From Octopus vulgaris (lineage: Eukaryota): a stretch of DNA of 64,000 nucleotides. The stretch lies in NCBI GenBank assembly GCA_951406725.2, contig OX597822.1, positions 5,332,001 to 5,396,000 on the forward strand, in the 5' to 3' direction. This document shows positions 1 through 14,669 of this stretch, piece by piece. The position numbers and the translations under genes were made by a program. Every line of letters begins with the position of its first letter. The stretch's first letter is position 1. The notes beneath the pieces are model-generated. The model ran no database searches, was not told the origin of the DNA, and saw only the letters and a list, made by a program, of their open reading frames with translations.

Positions 1-2014
1 CAAATTCTTTAAGAGACCATCCAAATTAACATACCCTCAATGACCTCAAGATTAGCTTTCAGAATTAGATTTTCAACTCCCTATCTGTCCATTATAGACC
101 ATATCCCAAAATAGCTATTCCACTGATTGGTTGTACATCTTCACACACATTGAAATACAACAGCCTCTATCTAGAACAACAGTAATTCCTGTGTCACTGA
201 TTTTGCAAACTGTGGATCACTAAACTTATTTATCACTCCTTTTCTCTCCATCTCTACTCACAAACTATGAGATAAAAATTTCACCTAAAACATCATCATA
301 GAGTTGCAAGCTCTCCAGAACTTTCCCCAGCCCTGCTCGTATTTTTCCTATGAACTATATGCTCAACCTCAATCATGACTTCACTGATCTAAGACCACCA
401 ACAAAAGTTATGCCCCCCCCCCCTCCATTACCACCACCACTCATATTTAAATGTAAGACAATGGGGTATTTTATTTTTATTTTTCCCCAATCCCAAAGTA
501 TGAAAGTCAGGTAGTTATATTTCTTACTTTATATACTTTATTCCAAAGATAGTAAACTTTTTTGTTCTTATTAGTTACTACCCTGTGGTTTTCACTGTAT
601 AGGCCACGTATAATAATTTATTTGGTACTTTTTAAGTATTAACCCATGTAAAAGACACTTGGAATGTTATTTTTATCATCAGAACTTTTCCTATGACCAT
701 ACAAAGACTACCAACTTTTTTTATTTATCTTTTTATCAGCTATTCCACATATTTAAATATGAACTATGCATATAAATATGGAGATTAAAACTATTTTCTG
801 CAGAAACAGAAATACTTAAAAGTAACAGTTTCTTGAAATAATAATAAAATTGGATTTTCCAGAGCCAAAATCCATTGACACAGAAATAGTTCAAAACAGC
901 ACCATGCAGCCAAGGTAAGCGATATCAGCAATGTCATTAAGAAAAGATAGTGTGCAAATTTTCTGGCCAAATTATCATATGATAAAATATATAAATATAC
1001 AGAATCATATCTATATGTTTTTAGAAGAGTATGAAATTAGGCCCACAAGTGACTAATTATCATATAAGATAAGGTCAGAACAAATAACTTGTATGTACAG
1101 TCTTCTCAAATACGTGCTGTAGCATATTTGGTACTAGCCACAACACCCTCTCAGTTTCAGATTTGCATAAAAATTCCATTATCTCTTAAAAATCTAAATA
1201 ATATGATATATCCTATCATTAGTACGTCCATTTCTTTAATTAGCTTTTGTCAATTCTAATTATCTTCATACATTCATATGTAGATGACAAAACTGATCCT
1301 TCCTCTACACCGTTTACATCAAGCATTTGTTCACTGCTTATACCAACACCACCTACAGGACATCCACTCTACCCATTGTTGATGACCATCAGTAGTTCTG
1401 ATCTATGACTTTATCATTTGCTTACAAATCTGCAGAGACATATCTCTGGAGATATGTATTACAATCTTGATCCAAGTATTCTTCTGGTATATATTCCAGC
1501 AATTTGATTTGAATTCAGATACATAACTACATGCAAATACATAACTAGGTCAGACATAATAAAATGTCTGCTGCTTTTTGCAGTATTACTCCTCACAGAA
1601 GACAGTTAGAATGTCATTTTTCCATTTATTCTTTTCACATGACCATATATAGGTTAACATTTTTTATTGGCCTTTTGACATGACTAAATATGTATTACGC
1701 ATACAAATACAAAATTAAAAATCTTCCACATGTTTGTCTATGGTACTTGAAATAAACACAATAGAAAAGCATAAGTGAACAATGCCACATGTTTGCTTTA
1801 ATCATAAATACTTCAAAACAAGATATTGACAAGAAGAATGACAAGACTTTTAAGTTTTAAGGTGTGCATGTGAGTGGGTGTTATGCTATAGCATAACATA
1901 ACTGCCTGAAAAACATAAGTAGGACAGTGAGGGTTGAGTGCCCCCATGGTCACTGGGTCTTTTATTCTTCAGGTGTAGTGTACCCCAGACTACATTGCCT
2001 AATGTGTCCTTTAA

Positions 2015-2234
2015 CCCTTTTGTTACTGTATTTATTTTGAGATGCTCTATGTTTCTTTCAATTATTTTAAAAATAACAAAGAATTTAGTAAAATAACTTA
2101 GTTATCATTCAGCTAGTGTTAGGAACATAAATTGTGACTAAGGCTTGGTGGAATATTTTAATTCAAAACTTATGAAAACAAGACATTTTACCACAGAGCC
2201 AGAGCCGGTTTTGGCCGGGTTAGTAACAAAAGGG
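2015..2234. mobile_element. piggyBac-type MITE
   Basis: TTAA at 2011-2014 and 2235-2238 flanking inverted termini CCCTTTTGTTACT / AGTAACAAAAGGG; non-coding. A related inverted, decayed copy starts at ~37663. Confidence 0.85.
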
Positions 2235-3555
2235 TTAAAAGGAGTGAAAAAAGAAAGATGGAAAGATGAGAGAGTGTTAAATAAATGAGATTTTAGCTTT
2301 TAAAAAAGCGATGAGATCGTCATATTCAGAAAGCATAATTGCTTACAAGCTGGATTGTAACAGTTGGTGTGCTTTCAAAAAAGATGGAATGGTCACTATT
2401 GAAATGCTTTCCAGAGACATGACAAAGATAAACATGTGGTATTTATCTTCGCTTTTTAATCTGTGTTTACAAAGTTACGATGAATCAGAAGGAGAATGAA
2501 CTTGGCAGATGCAATGGGAAAATTAAAACTATGTAATTTAAAAAATTTTTTTTAATGGAAAATAGTTAACTGACGATGGCTGATTCTATCAGCTATAAAA
2601 TAAAAGTCACTAAATAACAAACTATAAAGCATGTTATATACAAGCAAATCTCAGGACAGTAACAGTATATACAAAAAAAAAAAAAGTTAAAAACTCTATT
2701 TGAAACTCACATTAGGCTGACTGAATGATCTCTTTACTACATTTTACAAATATTCATAACACTCACAATTATTTATGTGTTCATTGACAGCAAAACTAAT
2801 GGTTCTGGCTGAAGCTAATTAATGACGATGAAATCAATGAAAATCCACTTCACTTTCCTGGATTTATTTCTATGTTTCAATCCAACACACTTCTGTATAC
2901 TGTTCACATTCCTCTAATCCAAATAAATAAAGACAATAGAAAAATCAACCGCACTGCCATCTATAAACTAAAACATCTCAAACAACACAACCAAATTTGA
3001 AGTTCATAAATATAGATGGAACATATTCATAGTAAAAGTCTGCTGAATGAAATGAACTGGAAATACTTTTGTAGAAGATTTATAAGCATGTGTAGACTAA
3101 TTAAATGATTTGCTGCAATACATATCACGATATCACAACATAGAAGGGAAGAAAAAACGCAATAAAAAATAAAACCCAGAAGTAATATTCTGTATTAAAA
3201 GTTGAAATAATAAATAAACCTAAATAAAGTGATTTCCTATTAGAACATGAACCTGAAAAGTTTTTCCCACTTTTTGTAAGACATTATTAATTTGAGTGAA
3301 ACAGTTTCAGATTGGATCAAAAACTATGTCATGAAATCATTCATACATTATCATCCACTCTTTTATCAGTTGCTATTGTTCTATGTCTATTAAGGAGACA
3401 GCACATTAAATGGGGTTTGATTGTGATGCTCCAGCTTGGGAGTCCAGGAATTTTAGGAAGAATGGAGTTGTCCCTTAATCATGATTCTCATAATGCAAAA
3501 CTAGTCCCTCTGCGAAAGGGTTAAATAGGCTGTGCCTCAAGAGACTTAATAGAAT

Positions 3556-3940
3556 GGATGGAAGCACTCCGTCAGTTACGACGATGAGGGTTCCGGTTGA
3601 ATCGGATCAATGGAACAGCCTGCTCGTGAAATTAACGTGTAAGTGGCTGAGCACCCCACAGACACGTGTACCTTTAACATAGTTCTCAGGGATATTCAGT
3701 GTGACACAGAGAGTGACAAGGCTGGCCCTTTGAAATACAGGTACACAGAAACAGGAAGTAAGAGTGAGAGAAAGTTGTGGTGAAAGAGTACAGCAGGGAT
3801 CACCACCATCCCCTGCCGGAGCCTCGTGGAGCTTTAGGTGTTTTCGCTCAATAAACACTCACAACGCCCGGTCTGGGAATTGAAACCGCGATCCTATGAC
3901 CGTGAGTCCGCTGCCCTAACCACTGGGCCATTGCGCCTCC
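3556..3940 (-). mobile_element. tRNA-derived SINE, family B
   Basis: Minus-strand head GGAGGCGCAATGGCCCAGTGGTTAGG with A/B-box-like motifs; TSD TTAATAGAAT at 3546-3555 and 3941-3950; near-identical to 15368-15752. Confidence 0.9.
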
Positions 3941-4479
3941 TTAATAGAATATAAGACAGCAGATTAAACTGCAAATAAACCAACAGAAGGAAAAAGGAAA
4001 CTCGCTTTTGTTTTGTTTTGTTTTGTTTTTATCCTAGAAAATTAATAAATCTTCTGACTCTGCAATGGTGGACAATGACCCCCAATGCCTGCCTGCCTGC
4101 CTGCATGACACATAAAGGGAAACAGAAGAAAAGCATTTACTTACTTAACTTCCAACAAACTGTCTGAAAATATTTGTAATCTGTATTTCATTGTTGCTTA
4201 GTGAAAAGAATGGTATCCAACAAGCACCTTACATCTGCTAAATTATGAGACATAAAGAAGGGCTGAAACAACCATGTATTCCATAATTCTAAGGCTGCTC
4301 CTGATTACTTCAATGATTTGCTCAGTTTCATTTGTTATTGTGCATTTTTTATCTTAAATTTTGATAATTGTTTTTTCCTATTCTGATCATTAAATGGGAT
4401 GTTACAGCTGCAGTTTATGTGGGATGATGTTTCTGCTCTTATATCAATGATATGAAATGAAATAAAGAGTACTCAATGT

Positions 4480-4660
4480 ATGTAATAGAGGTATTTTTTC
4501 TGTCTTTATGTTCTGGGTTCAAATTCCACCATGGTCAAATTTACCTTTCATCCTTTTGGGGTCAATAAATTAAATACCAGTTGCGTACTAGGGTTGATCT
4601 AATCAACTGCCCCCACCCTCCCCCAAAACTTCGGGCCTTGTGCCTAGAATAGAAAAGAAT
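4480..4660 (+). mobile_element. SINE fragment, family D
   Basis: GGGTTCAAATTCC...CCTTTCATCCTTTTGGGGTCAATAAATTAAATACCAGTT core recurring at ~10490, 27400, 32350, 50450-51090, 52460 and 62940. Confidence 0.65.
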
Positions 4661-4928
4661 ATATGTTATAGAGAAAATACATATATATTATTATTGATGT
4701 CACTTGCTTTTTCAGGTTTGTGCTGAAGAACCATTTATAAAATGGTATGAAAGTGAAGGCTGTTTCATTATAAGCCATAAGATGAACACATCTTCGGTAT
4801 AAAACTAGAATTATTTGAAAAGTAACCAACTTTAACACTAAAAGAAAATTGTGTGTGTATATACACAAATGCACACGTATGTGTTATTTCTTTAGATGTG
4901 GTCATGCTACAGTAATGCCTTCATGGAT

Positions 4929-5290
4929 TATCATCATCGTCGTTTAACGTCCGCTTTCCATGCTAGCATGGGTTGGACGGTTCAACTGGGGTCTGGGAAG
5001 CCCGAAGGCTGCACCAGGCTAATCAGATCTGGCAGTGTTTCTACAGCTGGATGCCCTTCCTAACGCCAACCACTCCGTGAGTGTAGTGGGTGCTTTTTAT
5101 GTGCCACCGACACAAGTGCCAGATGAGGCTGGCGAACGGCCACACTCGGATGGTGTTTTTTATGTGCCACCGACACAAGTGCCAGACGAGGCTGGCGAAC
5201 GGCCACACTCGGATGGTGTTTTTTATGTGCCACCGACACAGGTGCCAGACGAGGCTGGCAAACGGCCACGCTCGAATGGTGTTTTTCTAT
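4929..5290 (-). mobile_element. (ATG)n-tailed retroposon, family C, with internal 63-bp tandem repeat
   Basis: Reverse complement of 12560-12756 (GGGCATCCAGCTGTAGAAAC...CCAACCCATGCTAGCATGGAAAGCGGACG); GTGCCACCGAC recurs at 5101, 5164 and 5227. Confidence 0.85.
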
Positions 5291-5658
5291 ATTAACCAAT
5301 TATATTAACTTCATTAGTTAGATGGGTACTAATTACCTCAAATGGTTTAAGTTTTAGTAGAGTTATGTCTCTTGACATTTTTACTACAAGACACATGAGG
5401 CAAGTCATTCTGCAGCACATCTACTTCCAGCAGATGGAACTGTCAGCTTTGGTTAGAAGCTCAAGTGGAAGTAAAACTAAGATCTCAAGTCATCACTGTC
5501 TTTCAATCATGTTTATCTTTTGAGATCTAATATGGAGGCAACATGTTAAACTGGAATACCTAAGAGTAGTCAGTTGCAGTCTTCTACTTCATTTAAGAAG
5601 CTCAATGCTGCTCTGCTAAACTGTACCAGTCATATTATTTCTTTAGATTTATCTACAA

Positions 5659-6053
5659 CTAGCAATATCGCCCGGCGTTGCTCGGGTTTGTAAGGGAAAT
5701 AACTATATAAGCATTTTTAGAGATGTAAAGTATAATAGCCATCTCAATATGGCTAACCTCAAAGGTGGGTGTTACTGTAGCTTTTTACATTCTGAGATTT
5801 AATAATACACTCTTAAAGAGTTACTTCCCTTATATAATAGCAAAAAAATGCATTAAAAATGGGGGAAAATGATGGAAATTTTTTTTTTTAATCTTAGACT
5901 CATCGTAGACGTACGCTTATACCCAGAAGGGCTCGATATGAATCACGACTATAAGATACCCGCTTTTGGTTACACTGCACCGCAAAATGTGGGAGTAGTT
6001 AGGAATCTAAATCGTAGGAGACAGACACACAACTTCACTTTTATATATAAGGA
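5659..6053 (-). mobile_element. Non-autonomous Helitron
   Basis: Minus strand begins TC (6053), ends CTAG (5659), has the subterminal hairpin CCCGAGCAACGCCGGG (5671-5686), and sits between A and T with no TSD. Confidence 0.85.
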
Positions 6054-6739
6054 TGTATTGAATGTAAAACACCAGGTTCTTTAAAATACACCTTCTCCTC
6101 AACTTACAACCATCCACACTTACGACCACAAAATATAAAGAAATAAAGGAATAAATAAAATAAAATTGATTTTCAGATGTTGGGCAGTTGCGTGTGTGAT
6201 AACTATGGCAGCAGCTGGCAATGCGGATCGCCTTCAGATCTAGGCATCCACTACCCGCCAGTCTTTCTATCAATCAGTCACTTTCAAGCATCAGTTGCAT
6301 TTGAATGAAAATAGTGTTGGAAAATATAAATCCGACATAAGACCAGATCAACTCACGACCTGTCAGTCAGAAGAGAACTCAGTCATAAGTTGAGGAGAAG
6401 TTGTAACATTGTCCTGGTTTCCACTTTTAATAGGGAAACACTTTGACTTTGTTTCAGCATCAACACAACACAGAACATCCATGGATAACTTCAATCAACA
6501 AAGGTTTATTATGCCACTTGAGTTTCAGGACATAAAAAATCAAATGGATATCAGTTATAATAACAAGACATTCAGAAATCAATAAAAGTCTGTAGAAACT
6601 CACTGCTGAGGGACAACTGCAAGCGCATAAATATAGGAAGATATAAATAGATACACATAAATATGGATAGCTACATAGAGTTATTAATTTAGACATAAAC
6701 TGAGCCACTGTTGGCTGAATCCTATCTATCATTTTTATT

Positions 6740-7130
6740 TTTTTATCTTTTATTTGTTTCAGTCATTAGACTACAGCCATGTTGGGGCACTGCCTTGAAG
6801 AATTTTTAACCGCATGAGTCAACATCTGGGTTTATTTTTTAAAGCCTGGTGCCTATACTACCAGTCTCTATTACTGAACTGTCAAGTTACAGGGATGTAA
6901 ACACACTAACACTGGTTGTGAAGCAGTGGTGCAGAACAAACACAGACACAGAGACACACACATAGATATGTATATATGACAGGCTTCTTTCAGTTTCCAT
7001 TTACCAAATCCGCTCACAAGGCTTTGGTTGGTCTGAGGAGAAAAGAAGAAGACACTTGTCCAAGGTGTCACACCACAGGACTGAACCTGGAACCATGTGG
7101 TTGGGAAGCAAACTTCTTACCTCACAGCCA
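6740..7130 (-). mobile_element. tRNA-derived SINE, family A (diverged)
   Basis: Reverse-complement match to head, body and CAGTC..GACTGAAAC tail of 39630-40055. Confidence 0.85.
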
Positions 7131-8860
7131 AGGTTCAATACAAATATGAACAGGTGGAACATGTATAGATGTTTTAAAATATTAAGGGCCTGTAAGAATC
7201 GGGCTTTCGTTTCAGTTTCACAAATGATAAATCACCCCTCACACAGGCTTTTTGCACAGGGTTGGGAACATGCCCCAAATTTAATATCTGTTTCCCTATA
7301 TAGAGGCATGTGAAGGATGTGTGATTAAGAAGTTCATTTAACAGTCACCTAGTTTCAGGTTCAATTCTAATGCACAACATTTTGGATGTTTTCTACTACA
7401 ACACCAGGTTAACCATTACTTTATAAAAGAATTTGGAAGATGGAAACTAGAAAACCAATGATGTGTGTGTGTGTTTATGCATGTATGTGTGTGCGTGTGA
7501 ATGTTGACATTCAATGCTTGCCACCATTTGAGCAAAATGGTGATATGATGTTGACATTCCTTGTTGACAGTCATCCTGTAACTCCAAAGCACTGGATCAA
7601 AAAAAAAAAATCCCTTAAAAAAGCAAGTAAATGTTGCTGACAGGAAGAGTGCCTAGCCGCATTAAATGAATGAGCAAATGAGGGACAATTAGGTGGACTG
7701 AGTAATTAAGAATTAATTGTTCATCTCAAACACACAGAAGTAATTACAGTGCATTCAAACTGAAAACATGAATGCATAGCAACATATTGCTAGTATCATG
7801 TTGATGCTGAAGATTCAATCTAAGACATTTCTTGTCCCACACTCCTACATATTACGTCAATAAATTCCGTCTACTTATCCATTACGGAATAAAACCACAG
7901 TTATTAATTTACCAGGATATGTAAAATACAGTGAGAATGACTGGTATGAATCACTCATATGAATACATAGACTAATATATTCACCTCTGCAATATAAGCA
8001 CACAAACACATATATACATGCATACATATATATATATATATATAATGTACACACCACACGTAATTAAATAAAAACAAGTAGAGTAAATGCAGACAGGGAA
8101 AGAAACGGTAAATATCATAAGATAGCTTTGAACATTAAAGACAGAAACATAATAGTAGATACTGAAGGGGAGGCAGTAGTGTTTGATATTAAGAGGATAG
8201 CAATTTCAAATTAGTATTTATCCATATTTGCTGTCATAAAAATCAGTTTTATAGTTTTGATGTATAAATACATAAATTTGAATGTAGAGCTTAGAAAGAT
8301 TTGGGTTTCTTTTTTTTACTTTATTTCAAAAAGTGAAGAAAAAAAAAGGTAGAAAGAAAACTCCAAAACTAACAAAAAAAAAGTAACAAACATAACTTTA
8401 ATGGATGTTCACATTAAACAATAAAATGAATAACAAAACTATCATCATCATCATCATCCTCATCCTCATCATATTAAATCAAAATTAAGTAAAAGAAGCG
8501 AAGCAGTAGAAGAAAGTAAGCACTTGTTGTTCACTTTCATGTTTAAATATTTCAAAAACTGTACGAAAGGATTGGCATGTTGTTTGTGTCATGTCAATAT
8601 CAAATTTTTATATAACATTTTAACTTCTCTACTCAATTTTTTTTTGCATGTGTGTGTGTGTGTATGTGTGTGTGTGGTACTGTTTATTTATTTATTTATT
8701 TTTTTGCCTTTTCAATTTTTGGAATTTCTGATAATCAATATCATTTAGCATAAGCAAACACTAAAACTAATCTGGATTTTTCGGGAGGGATATATTAAAA
8801 TAATAAATAAAAAGGAAAATACAATAACCACAACAACAATATTGATAATGCTGATAGCAG

Positions 8861-8891
<31 letters not shown>

Positions 8892-9679
8892 AGTTCTGTT
8901 TGGCAGTGGTAAAGATGATGATGTTAAAGCAAAGAGAAATAAACAGAATTTTGCAGTATTTGTTTCTACAATGCCACCGCTACTGCCCCTATCCCCCATC
9001 TCCAAAAGCCCCATGATTATTTATTCAACATGTTTCTTCACAACTTATTGGTAAATTTAATTGGATTTCGGTATTATAGCAAACATATGCTGTACTACAT
9101 ATATTTTATGTTTCAGAACACAAGACAAATATATACAAACATACACACCTATGCGTGTGTGTGTGTGTGTGTGTGTGTGTGATTGTGTCTGTGTCAAATC
9201 AATAATGCTCATCAAAATTGCAAGAATATTGCATTATGGAAACAGTGTATTTCTATTGAATGCTGTTTCTTTGTGAAAGATGCAATAATAATAATAATAA
9301 TAATAATAATGAATTCAGTATTCCATTAAAGAAAGTGGGCATTTGGCATATAAGGGCGAGAATAGATGAATTGATTCAAGCTTTCGTAGCTTTCAGTTTA
9401 GAGTTCAAATTCTGTCAACTGTTAACTCAGCCCCTGTTGCTATGAAGATGAGACATTAGCTGTAATCACTTTCCTGCTTGTCAGTCTCAGTGATATCAGA
9501 ATAGGGTACAATCTGAAGAACTAAGAACAATTCAGCAAAGACAGGGGAAGTAGACTGTAACATTGATACCTGGACCGACAGGGGGATTTTGATGAAATGA
9601 GTAACTTCAAGCTGGAGATGTATACTGTTGCATCACAGAACCCATTATACATTCTATGTATACATGTAAAATATGAAGC

Positions 9680-10085
9680 TTAGTTTTTAACCATGTGCAT
9701 CCCAGTTTTTAATCAAGCACATCCAAGTTTTTACCTGTGTCTCTCAGGTTTTTAACCAATGTGCATTCCAGCTTTTAACTGTGTGCATGTCAATTTTTAA
9801 CCATGTATGTCCCAGATTTGAACCATGTGCATCTCAGTCTTTAACTATGTGCATCTCAGTTTTTAACCATGTGCATCCCAGTTTTTAATCAAGCACATCC
9901 AAGTTTTTACCTGTGTGCATCCTAATTTTTACCTGTGTATCCCAGTTTTTTAACCAATGTGCAGTCCAGCCTTTAACTGTGTGCATGTTAGTTTTTGACC
10001 ATGTGCATGTCAATTTTTAACCATGTATGTCCCAGATTTGAACCATATGCATCTCAGTTTTTAACCATGAGCATCCCAGTTTTTA
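9680..10085. repeat. Minisatellite, ~22-24-bp unit
   Basis: Repeated variants of TTTTTAACCATGTGCATCCCAG with a higher-order repeat of several units. Confidence 0.9.
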
Positions 10086-11169
10086 GAAGAGGTACACTGT
10101 AGCCCTGCATGCCTTTACAACATGTAGGTACATGGTACCAAGAAAAGCATACAGCTGTAACACACTGCCATCAAAAGCCCCATTCAGTCCACATCAGCAT
10201 GGTAAAGCAGACCTAAAGATGATGATAATGATAAAGATGATGATGATGATAACAACTATGATAAAGATGGTGATGTGCATATATTCTCATGCAAACTAAA
10301 TATTTCTCCTTTGGATTGGATTGCCTACTGGACTATCCATGACATGCCTCAGCATGTTCTCTCCACCAATCTCGATCTGATGTGGAGAGCGTGAATTTGA
10401 GCTTGAGATCATACTGGTTTGATGAGCGTACTCTGCTACACTTGCCAGAGGGATGCACTTTGTTTTTATACTCTTACGCAGTAATATTTAACTTGAATAC
10501 ATTGACTCCAGTACTCAACTAGTACTTATTTCAAAGATCCAGATATGATAAAAGTCGAAGTTAATCTTGGCAGAATTTGAACTCAGAGCATAGGGATGGA
10601 TGAAACATCAGAAAACATCTCACCCAGAGGGCTAACAATACACCCGGCTCAAAGTCATTTCTCCCATTAAGCACCAAAAGTGGCCTTTCTTAACGAAAAT
10701 AGGAAGTTGCAACACTGAAGCATCTCCAAAAACAATACTGACATATATCTAGTAGTTTCAACTAGGAAATCTAAACCATGTTATACACTGGAATTACCAA
10801 AAAGTCAGTACTACACAATGGAAACAACCAATTATTGTTGCATATATTTGAATAAATGAATCAGTAATTCAAATGCCGTTAATCCATGACATATAAAATG
10901 AAAATGTTTGTTGAACTTAGACCTAATCTACCAAGTGGAATTTTAGTGATAAAAATCTTTTATATCTCTATCCTTTGGCATTTGTTTATCATGACTTTAT
11001 TGATAGTTTTGAAAATTTATTGCGTTGAATTATTTAGGCTAGTATTTATAGCTGAACAGTCGTGATGACTGAAGAAATGGTAGAATGCCGAGTTGGCTTC
11101 TACAAGTAGCACCAATTGTATTCAAGTTCAAATTACACCAAAAGGTTACTTAACTCTCTCCCTCTTCCT

Positions 11170-11188
11170 CCTTCTCTCTCTCTCTTTT

Positions 11189-11245
<57 letters not shown>
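11170..11245. repeat. (CT)n microsatellite
   Basis: Direct reading. Confidence 0.95.
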
Positions 11246-11246
<1 letters not shown>

Positions 11247-11534
11247 ACTAAGTGCTATGCCTGTTTTATGTGCATCAGTCATCACGGACTCAATGTTGAA
11301 GTCTCAAGATTCATGATTTTTCTTGGGAAAGATATGAAATAGGGTTCCTGCTTCTTTCTGCTTGTTTCTTTACAGTTTACTCTGCTAGTCCCCAGCTCTC
11401 TCAAGTTTACCATCGAGGCACAGAGTCCATTTAACCCTTAGACAGCAACTTCATAGTTCCCCAAACTCCTCAATTTATGAGCTGAACTCTCACAACTGAA
11501 TGCTAGCATTCAGGACTGGAATGCTAGCAAAGGT

Positions 11535-11725
11535 GCTGAATTCTTTCAAATACTAACTGCAGTGCTACAAGGAGATATGTTTGCACCTTACTTGTTTGCA
11601 ATTGTATTGGACTGCGAAATGTATAAACCAGTGATGAAAACCTAGGTTTCATCATAGACTGACAAAGATCACAGACAGTACCAGTAGTAACCATCACGGA
11701 CCTGGATTTTGCTGATGATATCTAA
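11535..11725 (+). pseudogene. Decayed non-LTR reverse transcriptase fragment (RTE-like)
   Basis: Translates to EFFQILTAVLQGDMFAPYLFAIVLD...VTITDLDFADDI, matching the RT QG and FADD motifs; interrupted between the two motif blocks. Confidence 0.75.
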
Positions 11726-12199
11726 TAGATCACAAATAGATTGAAATCCTTACAATTTCTGCAATCCCTACAATTTTAATACTTTCCCATAAAAATACAC
11801 TTCACAACATTAACCCTGTGTATAGAAAATTTAGTACATAGAAATGTATAAATATTCCACCCAAAACGTAACATTTGCATATAGCGTCCTTATGACCTCC
11901 AGTTTTAAACTATTTTATTGAAATTTGAAACTTAACTTCTATTTCTGCAAAGAGGAAATAATTTTTATTTACAGAATAAGAACGTATGGTTGATATGTTA
12001 TAGTGCAACCCAGTGGGAATGAACCCAGACCCATGCTGTCGTGAAACAAACTTCTCAAGCACACAGCCAAGCCCAAACCTAAGAAAATAAAAATAAGAGG
12101 AATAATCTTACTGTAGTATGGAATGTAGCATTTAGAAAGTAATGAAATAGGAAATGTTTTTCCTCAAACAATTTGATACATGAGAGAAATCAACTTTTT

Positions 12200-12756
12200 C
12201 CAACTAAGGTATGAAATCAGGTGGCTTAACCAAATCAAATCAGATATCAGAAAGCAGAACCAAAATCGAAGTCGATCAACATCAATGGAAATTGCAGCTG
12301 TGATACCAGTGCCAGTGACAAGTAAGCGAACCATCCGATCGTGGCCATTGCCAGCGCCGCCCCGACTGGCCTCCATGCTGGTGGCACGTAAAAAGCACCA
12401 TCCATTCGTGGCCATTGCCAGCCTCGCCTGGCCCCCGTGCCGGTGGCATGTAAAAACACCATCTGTTCGTGGCCGTTGCCAGCCTTGCCTGACCCCCGTG
12501 CCAGTGGCATATAAAAAGCACCATCCGGCCGTGGCTGTTTGTCAGCTCCGTCTGGCACCTGTGCGGGTGGCACGTAAAAAGCACCCACTACACTCACGGA
12601 GTGGTTGGCGTTAGCAAGGGCATCCAGCTGTAGAAACACTGCCAGATCAGACTGGGCCTGATGCAGCCTTCTGGCTTCACAGACCCCAGTTGACCCGTCC
12701 AACCCATGCTAGCATGGAAAGCGGACGCTAAATGATGATGATGATGATGATGATGA
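12200..12756 (+). mobile_element. Family C retroposon, long copy with GC-rich tandem units and (ATG)n tail
   Basis: About four diverged GGTGGCACGTAAAAAGCACC units and a (GAT)n tail at ~12733-12755; source of the overlapping ORFs here. Confidence 0.85.
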
Positions 12757-14669
12757 ACAGATTGAGCAGAATTCATTTATTCCTTCTGGAGCAAAAATGC
12801 CTGTATGCAAAAAAGACCCTGTATGCAACATATTTGCTCTCTTCCAAGTGGTTCCCACTATTTCTGTTTCTCGATAATGTTGTCGTTTTTGTTTAGTTTC
12901 TGATCAAATCAATGCATGAATCGAAGACATTCTGGTCATGGAATGTTTTTAATCCCTTTTTTTCACGTGGCTGTGTGGTTAGGAAGCTTGCTTCCCAGCC
13001 ACATGGTTTTAGGTTCAGGCCTACTGTGTGACACCTTGGACAAGTGTCTTCTGCTATAGTCTCGGGGTAACTGAAGCCTTGTGATTGAATTTGGTAAGCA
13101 TAAGTGTGTACATGTATGTGTAAGTGCTTGTGCCTCCTAACAGAGAGGAGGGATGATGATGATTTTCTTTATACAATGTCCTTCATTTTGTTCCAAGTAT
13201 GACAGCATATGAGGGAGATATAGCTACTATATCAAGCATGCCAAACAACCACACTACATTCCCTTTTATAGGATTATCTTGATGTTATTGCTGTAGCAAG
13301 CTCAGTTAATTCTTCTCTGTGGCACCTGTTGCATATAGGTAACTTATTGGAAGCAATGAGTAGGTCATGAAACTTGGTATGCCTTTCAATCAAACCATTG
13401 CACATTAGGTACATGGTACATACTCATTATGCAATAGCTGGCCACATGAAATGCAGTGTGACAGCTTTAACTGCTACATTTATAATTAAAAATGTGTCAC
13501 ATCTTTAAAACTGGAAAACAACTGAGGTATTGTTCTCTGCATTAGTCTATAGTCTCTAGCCATCCTAAAGCAAAAAATTTTTTTTTAAATAAAAAAAAAC
13601 AAAAAACAACAACAAAGAAAAAATATCTGGACATGAAAGAAACCCGGTTAATGTCTGCAGTCTGCTCCACCAACACAGGCACATACAACTTATACGCCCA
13701 GCCACTCACAATCACAAACTACCACCTATTTTTTCAGACATTAGTGGAAAAATAAACACTTTATATGTATTGGCATTTTTTTTTGTATAATCATTATACA
13801 AAAGCTATTTAGGATTATTTGTTTTTGTTTTTAACAAAGCTTTTTGCCTTAATTCTTATGGAGACTAAGAAGAGTTCAGTTTTCATTTGACCATAATCAA
13901 GAGATTTTATTACATTTAGCAGTGTAATAAAATCTTTAAAAAAAAGTTTTCATTAAATTTGTTGCACTAATTTCAAATTTGTTTTTTTTTCTCTTGGCAA
14001 TGACTAGCTAGGGGTGGGGTGGGGGACATGAAAAGAGAACTGCCATCTTAATAGAAGCTAATAGCTTTAACAGCCAATTTCAAACACTATATTAATCTAA
14101 CACCTTGAATGGATAGTGAAACATTTATTATGCAGAAAATGGATTAATAACAGTTATTTAAAGGCATGCATTTTTTTTGTATAAATTTTTTTTTGTAATT
14201 ATAACAAAACAAAACAAATAAATAATAATGAGAATTTTAATTCTTGAAGGAAAAACAAACAACTAAAAATGAAAATCTTCTATTCGGAAATTTTAAGAAA
14301 ACGTCACACTTCTTTTTAAAGCATCATAGTTAAGCTTTCAATTTCCATCCAGCCTAAACTTTGACATCTCTGCTTCGATTAATGAAGCTATTGCTCTCTC
14401 AGTTTGTATTTAATTCCCTGTTTTGAAACCTAATTAGTCACTTCATGCTAAACTTTCAAATCGAAATAAGAAGAAAGGAAAACTAGAACAAAAAAAATAA
14501 ACATTTAAGTAACATGTTCTTTGCTTCAAATTGCGGTTGAATTAATTTATATAAAATGCATGAACAATGGTTACGGGTTTTAACAAGAAATTTTGGTTAA
14601 AACAATTTATGGACAATTCATTTATAATTTAGATTGGAACAGAAAAAATAAATTCCAGACAGAATGAAT

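Noticed and set aside
5035-5308. Repetitive ORFs on both strands (also 12164-12776)
   Set aside because: Produced by ~63-bp tandem units inside family C retroposons.
8957-9050. Possible internal exon (TTTTGCAG...TTG|GTAAAT)
   Set aside because: Weak pyrimidine tract and donor; no recognisable protein in the open frames.
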